A stretch of DNA of 32,000 nucleotides from an uncultured Alphaproteobacteria bacterium (GCA_944390765.1 CALXQM010000015.1:58178-90177); one strand, 5' to 3'. Counted from the stretch's first letter, positions 1 to 14,086 are shown. Numbers and translations: made by a program. Notes: generated by a model not told the origin, from the sequence alone.

Positions 1-2938
1 GTTTTATAACATGCTATTTAATCCTGAACGTTATGATTTATCGGCTGTTGGACGCGTAAAAATGAACGCTCGTATAGGTGTAGATAGACCTGAAAGTATG
101 AGTGTTTTGACTAAAGATGATATACTTCGTATTTTAAAAATACTTCATCAATTAAAGGATGGTAAAGGTACAGTTGACGATATAGATAATTTAGCTAATA
201 GACGTGTACGTTCTGTGGGTGAGTTGCTAGAAAATCAATTTAGGATTGGTTTGACTCGTATGGAGAGAGCCATAAAAGAAAGAATGGGATCTGTAGATAT
301 TGAAAATGCAGTTCCAAACGACGTTATAAATGCCAAACCAGTATCATCTGCAATTAGAGAATTTTTTGGGTTATCTCAATTATCCCAATTTATGGATGAA
401 GTGAATCCATTAGCAGAAATTACGCATAAAAGACGTATTTCCGCTTTGGGACCTGGAGGATTAACTAGAGATAGAGCAGGGTTCGATGTTAGAGATGTGC
501 ACCCAACTCATTATGGTCGTATCTGTCCTATAGAAACGCCAGAAGGACAAAATATAGGTTTGATTAATTCATTGGCTATATTTGCAAAGATTAATCGATA
601 TGGTTTCATAGAAACACCTTATCGTAAAGTTATAGATGGTAAAGTGACAGATGATGTTATTTATTTATCTGCAATGGATGAATCACAACATACAATTGCG
701 CAGGCGAATGCTATATTAACAGCTGATAACCATTTTAAGGATGAATTTGTAGCATGTAGAAGGAACGGGGAATTCATTAATGCGCAAAGAGATACAATAG
801 ATTATATGGACGTATCTCCGAAGCAGATTATTTCCATTGCGGCAGCATTGATTCCGTTTTTAGAGCATGATGATGCTAGCCGAGCTTTAATGGGTGCAAA
901 TATGCAGCGTCAAGCTGTTCCTTTATTAAGAGCTCAAGCTCCATTAGTTGGTACAGGACTTGAGGCTGCTGTTGCACATGATTCAGGAGTTTCTGTTTTG
1001 GCAAGAAATGATGGGATCGTTGAACAGGTTGATGCTGACAGGATAGTTATCCGTTCAACAGATAAAAACTCTAATGTTGGTGTTGATATATATAATATGA
1101 GGAAATTCGAAAGATCTAACCAAAGCACCTGTGTAAATCAGAAAGCATTAGTAAGTAAAGGTGATATTGTTAAAAAAGGCGATATTATTGCTGATGGTGC
1201 AGCAACTCAATTAGGTGAGTTGGCGCTTGGTCATAATGTTTTTGTTGGGTTTATGTCTTGGCATGGATATACTTTTGAAGATGCGATTGTAATTTCAGAA
1301 AGATTAGTTAGAGAAGATTATTTTACTTCAATACATATTGAAGAATTCGAAGTTATGGCTCGTGATACAAAATTAGGAAATGAGGAAATTACTAGAGATA
1401 TTCCAAATGCTTCCGATGATGCTTTAAGAAATTTAGATGAAGCGGGAATTGTTCACATAGGAGCAGAAGTAAGAGCGGGTGATATCTTAGTTGGTAAAGT
1501 GACACCTAAAGGTGAGTCTATGATGACGCCTGAGGAAAAACTTTTAAGAGCTATCTTTGGAGAAAGAGCTGCTGATGTTAAAGATTCATCTTTACGTTTA
1601 CCTCCTGGTGTAAAAGGTACTGTTGTTGATGTAAAAATCTTTTCAAGAGCGGGTATCGAAAAGGATGAAAGAGCAATCGCTATTGAACAGAAAGAAATTG
1701 AATTGTATAAAAGCGATATGGAGGCTGAAAAAGCAATTTTTGAAGAGGCATATTATAAGCGTTTAAAAGAAAAATTGCTTGGACAAGTTGTTGATAGTTC
1801 TCCTATTAAATCAAAAGGTAAAGTTATCGATGAAGAATTTTTGGATTCTATGCCGAAAGGTCAATGGAGGTCTATTACTGTTATAGATAAAAAAGCTTCT
1901 AAAGATATTGTGAATTTGCATAGCGATTTTAATGCAATTTTGGATAAACTTTATAAAAATTTTGATGAAAAAGTTGAAAAATTACGCAAAGGTGATGAAC
2001 TACCTCCTGGTGTATTGAAAATGGTAAAAGTTTACGTTGCTGATAAGAGAAAATTGCAACCGGGAGATAAATTAGCTGGTCGCCATGGGAATAAGGGTAT
2101 AGTTTCTAGAATTGTTCCTGTGGAAGATATGCCTCATATGGAAGATGGTACTCCTCTGGATATTATTTTAAATCCATTAGGTGTTACTTCACGTATGAAT
2201 GTTGGTCAGACATTAGAAACTCATCTTGGTTGGGCAGCAAAAGGTTTAGGTAGAAAAGTTCGTGAGGTTATTGAAAAAGTTCAATCAGATGAGCAATTAA
2301 TGGAGAATTTGCGTAGCCAATTAAAGGATATTTATAACGATAAAGATGATAAAAAAGATATCGATAAAATGTCTGATTATGAAGTTGCGGAATTAGCTAC
2401 TAATGTTATTAATGGTGTTCCTGTTTCTACGCCTGTGTTTGATGGAGCAAGGGAATCGGATATAGTTCAAGCATTAGAGTCTTGCGGTCTAGATAGTTCA
2501 GGACAAGTAAGATTAATAGATGGTCGTACAGGTGAAGAATTTGACCGTAAAATCACAGTTGGATGTATTTATATGTTGAAATTACATCATATGGTTGATG
2601 ATAAGATTCATGCTAGATCTATAGGTCCTTATAGTCTTGTTACTCAACAACCATTGGGTGGTAAAGCTCAGTTTGGAGGTCAGAGATTCGGAGAAATGGA
2701 AGTTTGGGCATTACAGGCTTATGGTGCTGCTTATACTTTGCAAGAAATATTGACTGTAAAATCGGATGATGTAACCGGAAGAACTAAAGCTTATGAATCT
2801 ATTATAAAGGGTGATGAAAATATTATGCCTGGCATACCTGAGTCATTTAATGTCCTTATGAAAGAATTGTGTGGTTTGGGATTAAATTTTGAATTTCAGC
2901 AAGATGCGGTTCAAAAAGATTCGGATATGGAAGCTTAA
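1..2938 (+). CDS. rpoB: DNA-directed RNA polymerase subunit beta, 5' end outside the window (frame open from base 2)
   Basis: Translation contains [59 protein letters not shown] and C-terminal [15 protein letters not shown]; the reading frame stays open upstream of the ORF-track ATG at 11. Confidence 0.98.
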   Translation, partial: FYNMLFNPERYDLSAVGRVKMNARIGVDRPESMSVLTKDDILRILKILHQLKDGKGTVDDIDNLANRRVRSVGELLENQFRIGLTRMERAIKERMGSVDIENAVPNDVINAKPVSSAIREFFGLSQLSQFMDEVNPLAEITHKRRISALGPGGLTRDRAGFDVRDVHPTHYGRICPIETPEGQNIGLINSLAIFAKINRYGFIETPYRKVIDGKVTDDVIYLSAMDESQHTIAQANAILTADNHFKDEFVACRRNGEFINAQRDTIDYMDVSPKQIISIAAALIPFLEHDDASRALMGANMQRQAVPLLRAQAPLVGTGLEAAVAHDSGVSVLARNDGIVEQVDADRIVIRSTDKNSNVGVDIYNMRKFERSNQSTCVNQKALVSKGDIVKKGDIIADGAATQLGELALGHNVFVGFMSWHGYTFEDAIVISERLVREDYFTSIHIEEFEVMARDTKLGNEEITRDIPNASDDALRNLDEAGIVHIGAEVRAGDILVGKVTPKGESMMTPEEKLLRAIFGERAADVKDSSLRLPPGVKGTVVDVKIFSRAGIEKDERAIAIEQKEIELYKSDMEAEKAIFEEAYYKRLKEKLLGQVVDSSPIKSKGKVIDEEFLDSMPKGQWRSITVIDKKASKDIVNLHSDFNAILDKLYKNFDEKVEKLRKGDELPPGVLKMVKVYVADKRKLQPGDKLAGRHGNKGIVSRIVPVEDMPHMEDGTPLDIILNPLGVTSRMNVGQTLETHLGWAAKGLGRKVREVIEKVQSDEQLMENLRSQLKDIYNDKDDKKDIDKMSDYEVAELATNVINGVPVSTPVFDGARESDIVQALESCGLDSSGQVRLIDGRTGEEFDRKITVGCIYMLKLHHMVDDKIHARSIGPYSLVTQQPLGGKAQFGGQRFGEMEVWALQAYGAAYTLQEILTVKSDDVTGRTKAYESIIKGDENIMPGIPESFNVLMKELCGLGLNFEFQQDAVQKDSDMEA

Positions 2939-2955
2939 TTGGGAAAGGATTAATT

Positions 2956-5900
2956 ATGGCCAATCAATTACAAAAAATATTTGGACAAGTAAGTAATTTG
3001 AACAATTTTGATGCAATAAAAGTATCGCTTTCAAGTCCTGAAAGAATTAGGTCTTGGTCTTTTGGAGAGGTAAAAAAACCTGAGACGATTAATTATAGAA
3101 CTTTTAAGCCTGAAAGGGATGGATTATTTTGTGCGCGTATTTTCGGTCCTGTAAAAGATTATGAATGCTTATGTGGCAAATATAAAAGGATGAAATACCG
3201 CGGAGTCATTTGCGAAAAGTGTGGCGTGGAAGTAACGTTATCTCGTGTAAGAAGGGAACGTATGGGGCATATAGAATTAGCTTCTCCTGTCGCTCATATT
3301 TGGTTTACAAAGTCTCCTCCGAGTCGTATTGCATTGCTCCTTGATATTACTTCAAGTGATATGGAGAAAGTTCTTTATTTTGAAAATTATGTAGTCATTG
3401 ATCCAGGCATATCTCCATTTAAACCAATGCAATTGATTACGGAAGAAGAATATTATAGAGCTCAAGATGATTATGGTGAAGATGCTTTTAAAGCTAATAT
3501 TGGTGCAGAGGCATTAAAAGAATTGTTAGCTGGTATTGATTTAAAAGGTGAAAAGGATAGACTTAGATTAGAGTTGAAGTCAGTTTCATCTGATATGAAA
3601 CGTAGACGTTTAATCAAGAGATTGAAGTTAATAGAGGCATTTTTAGTTTCTGGAAATCGTCCTGAGTGGATGATTTTGGAATGTATTCCTGTAATTCCTC
3701 CTGAGTTAAGACCTTTAGTTCCTTTAGATGGAGGACGTTTTGCTACATCAGATCTTAATGATTTATATCGTCGTGTTATTAACAGAAATAATAGATTAAA
3801 GCGGTTATTAGAATTAAAAGCGCCTGATATTATTGTAAAAAATGAAAAAAGGATGTTACAGGAGGCTGTTGATGCATTATTTGATAACGGTCGCCGTGGG
3901 CGTGTTATTACTGGTACTGGCAAAAGACCTTTGAAATCTTTATCTGATATGCTCAAAGGAAAACAGGGTCGTTTCCGTCAGAATTTATTAGGGAAAAGAG
4001 TAGATTATTCTGGTCGTTCAGTTATTATAGTCGGTCCTGAGTTGAAACTGCACCAATGCGGTTTACCAAAAAAAATGGCTTTGGAACTTTTTCAACCATT
4101 TATTTTTTCTAGATTAGAAAGATATGGTTTTGCTACAACTCTAAAAGCTGCAAAACGCATGGTAGAAAGAGAGAGACCTGAAGTTTGGGATATTTTAGAA
4201 GAAGTTATTAAGGAACATCCTGTTCTTTTAAATCGTGCTCCTACTTTGCATCGTTTAGGTATTCAAGCTTTTGAGCCAGTTTTAGTAGAAGGGAAGGCTA
4301 TAAAATTACATCCATTAGTATGTACGGCATTTAATGCTGACTTCGATGGAGACCAAATGGCTGTACACGTACCTCTGTCTTTAGAAGCTCAATTGGAATC
4401 TAGGGTTTTAATGATGTCGACTAATAATATTTTGAGTCCATCAAGTGGTAAACCTATTATTCTACCTACAAAAGATATTACACTAGGTATTTATTATATT
4501 ACTATGGAAAAATCTGGAGAACCTGGAGAAGGAATGATATTTTCTTCCATTGGTGAAATTGAGCAAGCATTGCAGGATAAGGTTGTAAGTCTTCATGCAA
4601 AGATCAAAGCACGTTATCGTCAAATGCAATCTGATGGGACAGTAGCTTATAGAGTAGCCGAGACTACTCCTGGGCGTATGATTTTATGGCAGATATTCCC
4701 TCAACACGCGGAAATAGATTTTAGTTTAGTAAATAGATTAATTACTAATAAAGAGTCTGCTAGTATTGTTCAGAAAATTTATAGTGTTTGTGGTCAGAAG
4801 AGCACTGTTATTTTTGCAGATAAATTAAAGGATTTAGGGTATTTGTATTCCACAAAATCCGGGGTCTCATATGGGAAAGATGACTTAGTTATTCCTCCTC
4901 AGAAAAAAGATATAGTTAATTCTACTAAAAAGGTTGTTGCAGAATATGAACGTCAGTATATGGATGGTTTAATTACTGCTGGTGAAAGATACAACAAGGT
5001 TGTTGATGCTTGGGCAGCCTGTAGTGATAAAGTAGCAGATGCTATGTTAAAATGTGTATCTAAAGATGAAGTGGGTAAACCGTTAAATGCTATGTATATG
5101 ATGGCACATTCAGGAGCTAGAGGTTCTCTAGCTCAAATGAGACAAGTTGCTGCTATGCGCGGCTTAATGGCTAAGCCATCAGGTGAAATTATAGAGACAC
5201 CTATTATATCCAACTTTAAAGAAGGATTATCGGTATTGGAATATTTTACTTCGACTCACGGTGCAAGAAAAGGTATGTCAGATACCGCTTTAAAAACAGC
5301 AAATTCTGGGTATTTAACACGTCGCTTAGTCGATGTTGCTCAAGATTGTGTTGTAGTTAAAGATGACTGTGGAACAAAAAAAGGTATAGTTGTAAGAGAT
5401 ATTATTTCTGGTGGGGATGTTATAGCTCCTTTAACTGAACGTGTTTTAGGAAGGACGCCTGTTGATGATTTGAAAGACCCGTCAACAGGAGAGATTATTG
5501 TACCTGCTGGAGAAATTATAGATGAAAATGCGATTAAAAAAATAGAAATGGCAGGTATTAATGAAATTCGTATTAGATCAGTGCTAACTTGTGAATGTGA
5601 AGATGGAATTTGTGCGCGTTGTTATGGTCGTGATTTAGCAAGAGGTCAAAAAGTAAACATAGGTGAGGCTGTTGGTGTTATTGCTGCACAGTCTATTGGT
5701 GAGCCTGGAACCCAGTTGACCATGCGTACCTTCCACGTTGGGGGTACCGCTCAAAAAGGTACTGAACTGTCCTCTATTGATGCTACTTATGATGGTATTG
5801 TTGCATTACGTAATGAAAAAACGGTACATAATAGTGATGGACAAAAAATCGTTATGAGTAGAAACGTTGAAATCGCTTTATTAGATGAAAATGGAAAAGA

Positions 5901-7131
5901 TAGAGCTCATTATAAGTTACCTTATGGTGCAAGATTATATGTTTTGAATGGAGATAAGGTAAAGAAAGGAAACAAATTGGCCGATTGGGATCCGTTTACA
6001 TCTCCTATTATATGTGAGAGACAAGGTACTGTACAATATCTTGATTTGATTGATGGAATATCTTTAAAAGAATCTATTGATGAATCAACGGGTGTTGCGA
6101 CATATGTGGTATCTGATTGGCGCCAACAAGCTAGATATGCCGATTTAAAACCTAGGATTGTTTTAAAAGATGATGAAGGGAACCCAATTTTATTACCTAG
6201 CGGACAAGAGGTGAAATATTTCCTTTCTGTTGATTCCATTATTGCAGTAAAAAATGGTGATAAAGTAAAAATAGGAGATGTTTTAGCTCGTATGCCACGT
6301 GAATCTACTAAAACAAAGGATATTACGGGTGGATTACCACGTGTTTCTGAGTTGTTTGAAGCTAGAGTTCCAAAAGATCCTGCTATTATAAGTGAATATA
6401 GTGGTAGGATAGAGTTTGGAAAAGATTATAAAGGCAAAAAGAGAATAATTGTTCATCCAGAGGATGAAAATATGGCTCCTATAGAATATTTAGTACCGAG
6501 ATGGAGACAGGTTGCTGTTCGTGAAGGCGATATTGTTGCAAAAGGCGAGGTTCTTGTCGAAGGGAATAAAGATCCTCATGATATTTTAAAAGTTCTTGGT
6601 ATAGAAGCTTTGGCGGAGTATCTTATTAATGAAATTCAAGATGTTTATAGATTACAAGGTGTTAAAATTAATGATAAACATATTGAAATAGTTGTTCGTC
6701 AGATGCTTCATAAAGTTAGTGTAGATAAGCCAGGAGATACCACGTTCTTGGTTGGTGAACAAGTAGATCGTAAAGATTTTGAAGAGGAAAATGCTCGAGT
6801 TATGAAGGAAGGTGGTACTATCGCAGAAGCAACTCCTGTATTGTTAGGAATTACTAAAGCTTCATTACAGACAAGGTCGTTTATTTCAGCTGCATCATTC
6901 CAAGAAACTACTCGAGTGCTTACAGAAGCTTCTATCACAGGAAAAGTTGATAGATTAAAGGGGTTAAAAGAAAATGTATTGGTTGGTAGATTAATTCCAG
7001 CTGGTACCGGTTTTGCAATAAATAAATTAAGAAAATTAGCCATGGCAGAGGATGCTGAAGCTATGAAACAACTTCATGGATCGGTAATTGTTGATAAGAA
7101 TAGTAATGATTCACAAGTTACAGGAGTTTAA
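2956..7131 (+). CDS. rpoC: DNA-directed RNA polymerase subunit beta'
   Basis: 1391 aa; N-terminal zinc motif CLCGKY...CEKCGVEV, catalytic [16 protein letters not shown], second zinc cluster [17 protein letters not shown]. Confidence 0.99.
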   Translation: MANQLQKIFGQVSNLNNFDAIKVSLSSPERIRSWSFGEVKKPETINYRTFKPERDGLFCARIFGPVKDYECLCGKYKRMKYRGVICEKCGVEVTLSRVRRERMGHIELASPVAHIWFTKSPPSRIALLLDITSSDMEKVLYFENYVVIDPGISPFKPMQLITEEEYYRAQDDYGEDAFKANIGAEALKELLAGIDLKGEKDRLRLELKSVSSDMKRRRLIKRLKLIEAFLVSGNRPEWMILECIPVIPPELRPLVPLDGGRFATSDLNDLYRRVINRNNRLKRLLELKAPDIIVKNEKRMLQEAVDALFDNGRRGRVITGTGKRPLKSLSDMLKGKQGRFRQNLLGKRVDYSGRSVIIVGPELKLHQCGLPKKMALELFQPFIFSRLERYGFATTLKAAKRMVERERPEVWDILEEVIKEHPVLLNRAPTLHRLGIQAFEPVLVEGKAIKLHPLVCTAFNADFDGDQMAVHVPLSLEAQLESRVLMMSTNNILSPSSGKPIILPTKDITLGIYYITMEKSGEPGEGMIFSSIGEIEQALQDKVVSLHAKIKARYRQMQSDGTVAYRVAETTPGRMILWQIFPQHAEIDFSLVNRLITNKESASIVQKIYSVCGQKSTVIFADKLKDLGYLYSTKSGVSYGKDDLVIPPQKKDIVNSTKKVVAEYERQYMDGLITAGERYNKVVDAWAACSDKVADAMLKCVSKDEVGKPLNAMYMMAHSGARGSLAQMRQVAAMRGLMAKPSGEIIETPIISNFKEGLSVLEYFTSTHGARKGMSDTALKTANSGYLTRRLVDVAQDCVVVKDDCGTKKGIVVRDIISGGDVIAPLTERVLGRTPVDDLKDPSTGEIIVPAGEIIDENAIKKIEMAGINEIRIRSVLTCECEDGICARCYGRDLARGQKVNIGEAVGVIAAQSIGEPGTQLTMRTFHVGGTAQKGTELSSIDATYDGIVALRNEKTVHNSDGQKIVMSRNVEIALLDENGKDRAHYKLPYGARLYVLNGDKVKKGNKLADWDPFTSPIICERQGTVQYLDLIDGISLKESIDESTGVATYVVSDWRQQARYADLKPRIVLKDDEGNPILLPSGQEVKYFLSVDSIIAVKNGDKVKIGDVLARMPRESTKTKDITGGLPRVSELFEARVPKDPAIISEYSGRIEFGKDYKGKKRIIVHPEDENMAPIEYLVPRWRQVAVREGDIVAKGEVLVEGNKDPHDILKVLGIEALAEYLINEIQDVYRLQGVKINDKHIEIVVRQMLHKVSVDKPGDTTFLVGEQVDRKDFEEENARVMKEGGTIAEATPVLLGITKASLQTRSFISAASFQETTRVLTEASITGKVDRLKGLKENVLVGRLIPAGTGFAINKLRKLAMAEDAEAMKQLHGSVIVDKNSNDSQVTGV

Positions 7132-7145
7132 TTTTATTTAAAGGC

Positions 7146-7174
7146 TTGACTAGGTAGAAAAGAGTATTTAAAAT
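7146..7174 (+). promoter_or_regulatory. Sigma70-type promoter candidate upstream of rpsL
   Basis: TTGACT (7146-7151), 17-bp spacer, TAAAAT (7169-7174), in the 84-bp rpoC-rpsL gap, 41 bp before the rpsL ATG. Confidence 0.6.
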
Positions 7175-7215
7175 ACAAAAACTTGTATAGTTATTATGTG
7201 AATGAAAGGGGCGTT

Positions 7216-7587
7216 ATGCCAACTATAAACCAATTGATTAAAAATCCTAGGAAGGATATAGCAAAAAGGAATAAAGTTCCTGCTTTGTTGTCTTGTCCTC
7301 AGAGAAGAGGGGTTTGTACTCGTGTTACAACAACTACACCAAAGAAACCGAACTCTGCTTTAAGAAAAATAGCTCGTGTTAGATTGACTAGTGGTTTTGA
7401 GGTGACTTGTTATATTCCAGGAGAAGGACATAACTTACAAGAACACTCCGTTGTTATGATTAGGGGAGGGCGTGTAAAGGATCTTCCTGGTGTTAGATAT
7501 CATATAATTCGTGGTACTTTGGATACTCAAGGCGTTAAGGATAGGCGTCAAGGTCGTTCTAAGTATGGAGTAAAGAAACCAAAGTAA
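7216..7587 (+). CDS. rpsL: 30S ribosomal protein S12
   Basis: [14 protein letters not shown]..., [41 protein letters not shown]. The internal ATG at 7216 is the canonical start, not the TTG at 7183. Confidence 0.98.
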   Translation: MPTINQLIKNPRKDIAKRNKVPALLSCPQRRGVCTRVTTTTPKKPNSALRKIARVRLTSGFEVTCYIPGEGHNLQEHSVVMIRGGRVKDLPGVRYHIIRGTLDTQGVKDRRQGRSKYGVKKPK

Positions 7588-7595
7588 TTATTTAA

Positions 7596-8075
<480 letters not shown>

Positions 8076-8077
8076 TT

Positions 8078-10171
8078 ATGGCAAGAACAACACCTTTAAA
8101 AGATTATAGAAATATTGGAATTATGGCTCATATTGATGCCGGAAAAACTACAACGACAGAAAGGATTCTTTTTTATACAGGGCGTTCCCATAAGCTAGGC
8201 GAAGTTCATGATGGTGCAGCTACTATGGATTGGATGGAGCAGGAGCAGGAAAGGGGAATTACTATTACTTCTGCTGCGACTACATGTTATTGGAGAAACC
8301 ATAGAATTAATATTATTGATACACCTGGACACGTAGATTTTACAGTTGAAGTAGAACGTTCTTTACGTGTGTTAGATGGAGCTGTTGCAGTTTTTGATGG
8401 AGTCGCAGGTGTTGAGCCTCAATCTGAAACCGTTTGGCGTCAGGCAGATAAATATAATGTTCCAAGAATTTGTTTTGTTAATAAAATGGATAGGATAGGG
8501 GCAAATTTTTATCGTTGCGTGGATATGATAATTGATCGTTTAGGCGCGAAACCGCTAGTTATGCAGTTGCCGGATGGTTGTGAAAGTGATTTTATAGGTG
8601 TTGTAGACCTATTAACAATGCAGGCTTACCATTGGAAAGATGAAACGATGGGCGCTAAGTATGATGTCGTCGACATTCCTGCAAATTTGAAAGAAAAAGC
8701 TTTACAATATCATCATCAGTTAGTTGAAATGGCAGTTGAGCAAGATGATGCTATTATGGAAGCCTATTTGGAAGGTAAAGAACCTACCATTGAACAATTA
8801 AAGATGTGCATTAGAAAAGGCGTTATTAGTGGAGCTTTTGTCCCTGTATTTTGTGGTAGTGCATTTAAAAATAAAGGTGTTCAAACATTATTAGATGGGG
8901 TTGTTGACTTTTTACCTTCTCCGTTGGATATCGGAGAAATTAAGGGCATTAGTGTTAAAGATGATTCGGAAATTACAAGGCATCCGGATGATAATGAGCC
9001 ATTGGCAGCTTTAGCTTTTAAAGTTATGACGGATCCTTTTGTTGGGTCTTTAACTTTTGTTAGAATTTATTCTGGGAAGTTAGAAGCAGGTAGTTATATA
9101 GAAAATTCTACAAAAGGAGATCGAGAAAGAATTGGTCGTATGTTATTAATGCATGCGAATAATAGAGAAGATATTAAAGAAGCATATGCGGGAGATATTA
9201 TAGCTGTTTGCGGATTAAAATTAACTACAACTGGTGATACTTTATGTGATCAGAATCATCCGATTTTGTTAGAAAAAATGGAATTTCCTGATCCAGTAAT
9301 TGAGGTAGCAGTTGAACCTAGGTCTAAAGCTGATCAAGAAAAAATGGGTAATGCATTATCTCGTTTAGCTGCTGAGGATCCGTCTTTTAGAGTTAGTTCT
9401 AATACTGAAACAGGACAAACAATTATTAAAGGCATGGGAGAACTTCATCTCGAAATCATCGTGGATCGTATGAAGAGAGAGTTTAAAGTTGATGCTAATG
9501 TCGGTGCGCCTCAAGTTGCCTATAGAGAAACAATATCAAAACCAGCAGAGATTGATTATGTTCATAAAAAACAATCTGGGGGTGCTGGACAGTTTGCTAG
9601 AGTTGTTTTACAATTTGAACCAATTGACTATTCCAATGGTCTTGTTTTTGAGAGTAAGATTTTTGGAGGAGCTGTTCCAAAGGAATATATTCCTGGTGTT
9701 GAAAAAGGCTTACATAGCATAGCAGAGTCAGGTTGTGTGATAGGATTTCCTATAGTAGGAGTTAAATGTTCTCTCGTGGATGGTGCTTATCATGATGTTG
9801 ACTCTAGTGTTTTGGCGTTTGAAATTGCTGCTAGAGCAGCATTTAGAGAAGCTATGACAAAATGTTGCGCTAAAATATTAGAGCCTATTATGACTGTGGA
9901 AGTTGTTACTCCGGAAGATTATATGGGCGATATTATAGGGGATCTTAATAGTCGTCGAGGACAAGTTGTTGGGATGGATCAGAGAGCTAATGCTCGTGTA
10001 ATATCGGCTGAAGTGCCTTTGGCCGAGATGTTTGGGTACGTGAATACATTACGCTCTATGAGTCAAGGAAGAGCTCAGTATACTATGCAGTTTGCTCGTT
10101 ATGATGCGGTACCATCAAATGTAGCAGATAAAGTTATTGCTGAGCATAAGGGTTTGGTAAAAGGTGAATAA
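8078..10171 (+). CDS. fusA: Elongation factor G
   Basis: [70 protein letters not shown] at 8078 is preferred over the ORF-track start at 8069. Confidence 0.98.
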   Translation: MARTTPLKDYRNIGIMAHIDAGKTTTTERILFYTGRSHKLGEVHDGAATMDWMEQEQERGITITSAATTCYWRNHRINIIDTPGHVDFTVEVERSLRVLDGAVAVFDGVAGVEPQSETVWRQADKYNVPRICFVNKMDRIGANFYRCVDMIIDRLGAKPLVMQLPDGCESDFIGVVDLLTMQAYHWKDETMGAKYDVVDIPANLKEKALQYHHQLVEMAVEQDDAIMEAYLEGKEPTIEQLKMCIRKGVISGAFVPVFCGSAFKNKGVQTLLDGVVDFLPSPLDIGEIKGISVKDDSEITRHPDDNEPLAALAFKVMTDPFVGSLTFVRIYSGKLEAGSYIENSTKGDRERIGRMLLMHANNREDIKEAYAGDIIAVCGLKLTTTGDTLCDQNHPILLEKMEFPDPVIEVAVEPRSKADQEKMGNALSRLAAEDPSFRVSSNTETGQTIIKGMGELHLEIIVDRMKREFKVDANVGAPQVAYRETISKPAEIDYVHKKQSGGAGQFARVVLQFEPIDYSNGLVFESKIFGGAVPKEYIPGVEKGLHSIAESGCVIGFPIVGVKCSLVDGAYHDVDSSVLAFEIAARAAFREAMTKCCAKILEPIMTVEVVTPEDYMGDIIGDLNSRRGQVVGMDQRANARVISAEVPLAEMFGYVNTLRSMSQGRAQYTMQFARYDAVPSNVADKVIAEHKGLVKGE

Positions 10172-10185
10172 TTTAGGAGAATATA

Positions 10186-11376
10186 ATGAGTAAAGCCAAA
10201 TATGAAAGGTCTAAACCACATTGTAATATTGGTACTATTGGTCATGTCGATCATGGTAAGACCACTTTAACAGCAGCTATTACAAAAGTATTAGCGGAAA
10301 AAGGTGGAGCCAACTTCACTGCTTATGATCAGATTGATAAAGCACCAGAAGAGAAAGCTAGAGGTATTACGATTTCAACCTCTCATGTTGAATATGAAAC
10401 AGATAAAAGACATTACGCTCACGTAGACTGTCCAGGACATGCTGACTATGTTAAAAATATGATTACTGGAGCAGCCCAAATGGATGGAGCAATTTTAGTT
10501 GTTTCCGGAACTGATAGTGTTATGCCACAGACTAAGGAGCATATATTGTTAGCTCGCCAAGTTGGTGTTCCTGCTTTGGTCGTATTTATCAACAAAGTTG
10601 ATATGGTTGATGACCCAGAGATGTTAGATCTCGTAGAAATGGAAATTAAAGATACATTAGCGAAATATGAGTTTCCAGCAGATGAAATTCCTATAATTAA
10701 GGGAAGTGCTCTCTGTGCTTTGGAAGGTAAAAATGATGAAATTGGTAAAAATAAGATACTTGAATTGATGGATGCGGTTGATAATTATATTCCTCAGCCG
10801 GAAAGACCAAAGGATCAACCATTCTTGTTACCAATTGAGGATGTATTCTCGATTTCTGGTCGTGGTACTGTTGTAACAGGCCGTGTAGAACGTGGCGTTA
10901 TTAAAGTTGGCGACGAAGTTGAAATTGTCGGTCTTAGAGATACCCAAAAGACGGTTGTTACAGGAATTGAGATGTTCCGTAAACTCTTAGATCAAGGTGA
11001 AGCTGGAGATAATTTAGGTTGTTTGCTTCGTGGAACAAAACGTGAAGAAGTTGAACGTGGACAAGTATTAGCCGTTCCAGGAACTATTACTCCCCATACT
11101 AAATTTGAATGTGAAGTTTATATTTTGAATAAGGAAGAAGGAGGTCGTCATACTCCATTCTTTAACGGTTATCGTCCGCAATTTTATTTTAGAACAACAG
11201 ATGTAACCGGGAATGTAACCTTACAAGAAGGCGTTGAAATGGTAATGCCTGGAGATAATGTCAAATTAACAGCTGAGTTAATTGCTCCTATTGCTATGAA
11301 TGAAGGGTTAAGATTTGCTATACGTGAAGGCGGTCGTACAGTAGGCGCTGGTGTTGTAACTAAGATTATCGCGTAA
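10186..11376 (+). CDS. tuf: Elongation factor Tu
   Basis: [61 protein letters not shown]; 396 aa. Confidence 0.98.
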   Translation: MSKAKYERSKPHCNIGTIGHVDHGKTTLTAAITKVLAEKGGANFTAYDQIDKAPEEKARGITISTSHVEYETDKRHYAHVDCPGHADYVKNMITGAAQMDGAILVVSGTDSVMPQTKEHILLARQVGVPALVVFINKVDMVDDPEMLDLVEMEIKDTLAKYEFPADEIPIIKGSALCALEGKNDEIGKNKILELMDAVDNYIPQPERPKDQPFLLPIEDVFSISGRGTVVTGRVERGVIKVGDEVEIVGLRDTQKTVVTGIEMFRKLLDQGEAGDNLGCLLRGTKREEVERGQVLAVPGTITPHTKFECEVYILNKEEGGRHTPFFNGYRPQFYFRTTDVTGNVTLQEGVEMVMPGDNVKLTAELIAPIAMNEGLRFAIREGGRTVGAGVVTKIIA

Positions 11377-11387
11377 GGAGAGGGATT

Positions 11388-11702
11388 ATGAACGCGCAAT
11401 GCATCCGTATATGTTTAAGGGCGTATGATCATAGGATACTTGATTATTCAACAAATGAGATTGTTATGACTGCAAAAAGAACGGGTGCTCGCGTTCGCGG
11501 TCCTGTTCCTTTGCCAAATAAAACAGAACGTTTTACAGTATTACGTTCTCCTCATATAGATAAAAAATCTCGTGAGCAATTTGAGTTACGGACACATAAA
11601 AGATTGGTTGATATTTTAGATTGCCCTCCTCAGACAGTAGATGCTCTTATGAAATTAGAGTTGGCGGCTGGAGTAGATGTAGAAATTAAATTATTAGGTT
11701 AA
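11388..11702 (+). CDS. rpsJ: 30S ribosomal protein S10
   Basis: [21 protein letters not shown]...[35 protein letters not shown]. Confidence 0.97.
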   Translation: MNAQCIRICLRAYDHRILDYSTNEIVMTAKRTGARVRGPVPLPNKTERFTVLRSPHIDKKSREQFELRTHKRLVDILDCPPQTVDALMKLELAAGVDVEIKLLG

Positions 11703-11711
11703 AAAAGAGAC

Positions 11712-12347
11712 ATGCGTTCAGGATTATTAGGTAAAAAAATTGGCATGACTCGCATCATTACAGATGATGGGCGTCAGCATGCCATAACGGTTTTGAAAGT
11801 AGAACAACATGAAGTGTTGTCCTACAAGACAATAGAGAAGCATGGATATGAAGCTGTTGTCGTTGGAACTGTAGAAACAAAAGAAAATAAATTAACAAAA
11901 CCTATGCAGGGTTATTTTAAAAAGCTAGGCGTGAAATTTTATAAGAAATTAAAAGAATTTCGCATGCCGTCAGATAATTTTCCTGCGATTGGTACGACAT
12001 ATGGAGCGGATTTCTTTTCTGCTGGTCAATATGTTGATATTACAGGTACCAGTATTGGTAAAGGTTATGCTGGTGGAATGAAAAGACATAATTTTGGTGG
12101 TTTAAGAGCAACGCATGGTGTTTCTATATCCCATAGAAGTCATGGTTCTACAGGAAATAGAGAAGATCCAGGAAAAGTTTTCAAAGGAAAGAAAATGGCT
12201 GGTCATCTCGGAAATGAAAAGGTCACAATTCAGAATATGAAAGTTTTTGGCACAGATGGAGATTTGTTATTGATTCAAGGAGGAATCCCTGGTGCTGATG
12301 GAAGTTATGTCTTAGTTAAAGATTCAGTAAAAAGGAAGCAACAATAA
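11712..12347 (+). CDS. rplC: 50S ribosomal protein L3
   Basis: LGKKIGMTRI, GMKRHNFGGLRATHGVSISHRSHGSTGNREDPGKVFKGKKMAGH. Confidence 0.97.
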   Translation: MRSGLLGKKIGMTRIITDDGRQHAITVLKVEQHEVLSYKTIEKHGYEAVVVGTVETKENKLTKPMQGYFKKLGVKFYKKLKEFRMPSDNFPAIGTTYGADFFSAGQYVDITGTSIGKGYAGGMKRHNFGGLRATHGVSISHRSHGSTGNREDPGKVFKGKKMAGHLGNEKVTIQNMKVFGTDGDLLLIQGGIPGADGSYVLVKDSVKRKQQ

Positions 12348-12964
12348 TGAAGTTGCAAGTTATAAAATTAGACGGATCTAAAAGTGGCGAAATAGCGCTT
12401 AATGATACAATATTTAATATTGAACCTAAAACAGAAAGCTTAGCAGATGTTGTAAGATGGCAATTAGCGAAAAGACAGGCTGGAACTCATGCTGTTAAAG
12501 GTCGTAGTGATGTAAGTAGGACTTCAAAGAAGTTATATAGACAAAAAGGTACGGGAAATGCTCGTCATGGGGCTAAAACTGCTAATATTTTTGTAGGCGG
12601 TGGTGTTGTTTTTGGACCTACTCCTCGCTCTCATGCTTTTAAGATTAATAAAAAAGTCAGAGCATTAGCATTGCGTTCCTTGTTATCTTTGAAATTAAAA
12701 GAAAATAATATTATTATCTGTGAAGATTTAAAGTTAGAAAACAATAAAACGAAAAATTTAGTGGCTATTCTTGAAAATTTAAATATTAATTCGGCTTTAT
12801 TTGTTGATAATAGTGATTACAGTGATTTCAGAAAAGCGTGTTCGAACTTATATAAGATAGATGTTATTCCAAGTATAGGATTAAACGTTTATGACGGTTT
12901 AAGGCATGAAAAAATAGTACTTACTAAAAGTGCGGTTGAAAGTATTCAAGAACGTTTAGGATAA
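12347..12964 (+). CDS. rplD: 50S ribosomal protein L4
   Basis: GTHAVKGRSDVSRTSKKLYRQKGTGNARHGAKTANIFVGGGVVFGPTPR. Confidence 0.96.
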   Translation: MKLQVIKLDGSKSGEIALNDTIFNIEPKTESLADVVRWQLAKRQAGTHAVKGRSDVSRTSKKLYRQKGTGNARHGAKTANIFVGGGVVFGPTPRSHAFKINKKVRALALRSLLSLKLKENNIIICEDLKLENNKTKNLVAILENLNINSALFVDNSDYSDFRKACSNLYKIDVIPSIGLNVYDGLRHEKIVLTKSAVESIQERLG

Positions 12965-12968
12965 GGTT

Positions 12969-13250
12969 ATGATATCAGAGTATGATTGTTTAATAGTTCC
13001 TGTGATGACAGAAAAGTCAATGAATGCTGGAAATGGTGTTCATGTCTTTAAGGTGAATATAGATGCAACAAAGTTTGATGTTAAAAGAGCTGTAGAAAAA
13101 ATATTTGAAGTAAAAGTGTCGAAAGTCAACATCTTAAATAGGTATGGAAAGAAAAAAACTTTCAGAGGAAAAATTGGTGAAACTAAGCCAATAAAGCTTG
13201 CAAGAGTTCATTTATCTGAAGGTGTTATTAATTTTGAAGGTGGATTCTAA
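12969..13250 (+). CDS. rplW: 50S ribosomal protein L23
   Basis: [11 protein letters not shown]...[28 protein letters not shown]; position between rplD and rplB. Confidence 0.96.
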   Translation: MISEYDCLIVPVMTEKSMNAGNGVHVFKVNIDATKFDVKRAVEKIFEVKVSKVNILNRYGKKKTFRGKIGETKPIKLARVHLSEGVINFEGGF

Positions 13251-14077
13251 TGGTATTGAAAGCTTATAAGCCAGTAGCTCCGGGTTCAAGAGGACTAATA
13301 TTAGTAGATCGTTCTTCATTATGGAAGGGTAGACCTTATAAAAAATTAGTTTGTGGTAAATCTGCTACTGGAGGGCGTAATGCTCATGGACATATTACAT
13401 CATGGCATCGTTGTGGAGGACATAAAAAATTATATCGTTTTATCGATTTTTCAAGAAATAAAGTAGATATGGATGCAGTTGTAGAGCGTATTGAATATGA
13501 TCCTAATAGAACTGCCTTTATTGCTTTAATTAGATATAAAGATGGAGAGTATTCCTATATTTTAGCCCCACAAAAGTTATCAGTTGGTGATAAAGTAGTT
13601 TCTTCTGATAAAGCTGATGTAAAAACTGGTAACTGTATGAAGATGATTAATATTCCTGTTGGTACAGTTGTACATAATATTGAGTTTCACATAGGGAAAG
13701 GTGGACAATTTGCTCGTTCTGCAGGAACTTATGGTCAGATTATCGGTCGTGATTCAGGTAGGGTAATTGTAAAATTATCTTCCGGTGAAGTAAGGTTGAT
13801 AAATGGAGAATGTCGTGCTACTATAGGGGTAGTTTCGAATCCAGATCAGAAAAATGTTGTTTTGGGTAAGGCAGGAAGAAGTCGCTGGTTAGGATGGCGC
13901 CCATTTAATAGAGGGTCAGCTATGAATCCTGTGGATCATCCTCATGGCGGAGGAGAGGGTAAAACTAAAAGTGGAAGGCAACCTGTTACTCCATGGGGTA
14001 AGCCGACTAAAGGTTATAAGACCAGAAGAAAGGCGAAGCCTTCTGATAAGTTTATTTTGACGCGTAGAAAGAAATAG
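13250..14077 (+). CDS. rplB: 50S ribosomal protein L2
   Basis: [69 protein letters not shown]. Confidence 0.98.
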   Translation: MVLKAYKPVAPGSRGLILVDRSSLWKGRPYKKLVCGKSATGGRNAHGHITSWHRCGGHKKLYRFIDFSRNKVDMDAVVERIEYDPNRTAFIALIRYKDGEYSYILAPQKLSVGDKVVSSDKADVKTGNCMKMINIPVGTVVHNIEFHIGKGGQFARSAGTYGQIIGRDSGRVIVKLSSGEVRLINGECRATIGVVSNPDQKNVVLGKAGRSRWLGWRPFNRGSAMNPVDHPHGGGEGKTKSGRQPVTPWGKPTKGYKTRRKAKPSDKFILTRRKK

Positions 14078-14086
14078 GTAAGATTT

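Noticed and set aside
934-1128. Minus-strand ORF inside rpoB (and similar ones at 3471-3956, 5922-6239, 6708-7043, 11184-11399, 14014-14295, 14373-14582, 16482-16817, 18200-18556, 22527-22784)
   Set aside because: All lie antisense to essential conserved genes, have low-complexity unrecognisable products and no family motifs; they are shadow ORFs.
9489-9722. Plus-strand 77-aa ORF inside fusA in another frame
   Set aside because: Out-of-frame shadow of the well-supported fusA reading frame, with no independent evidence.
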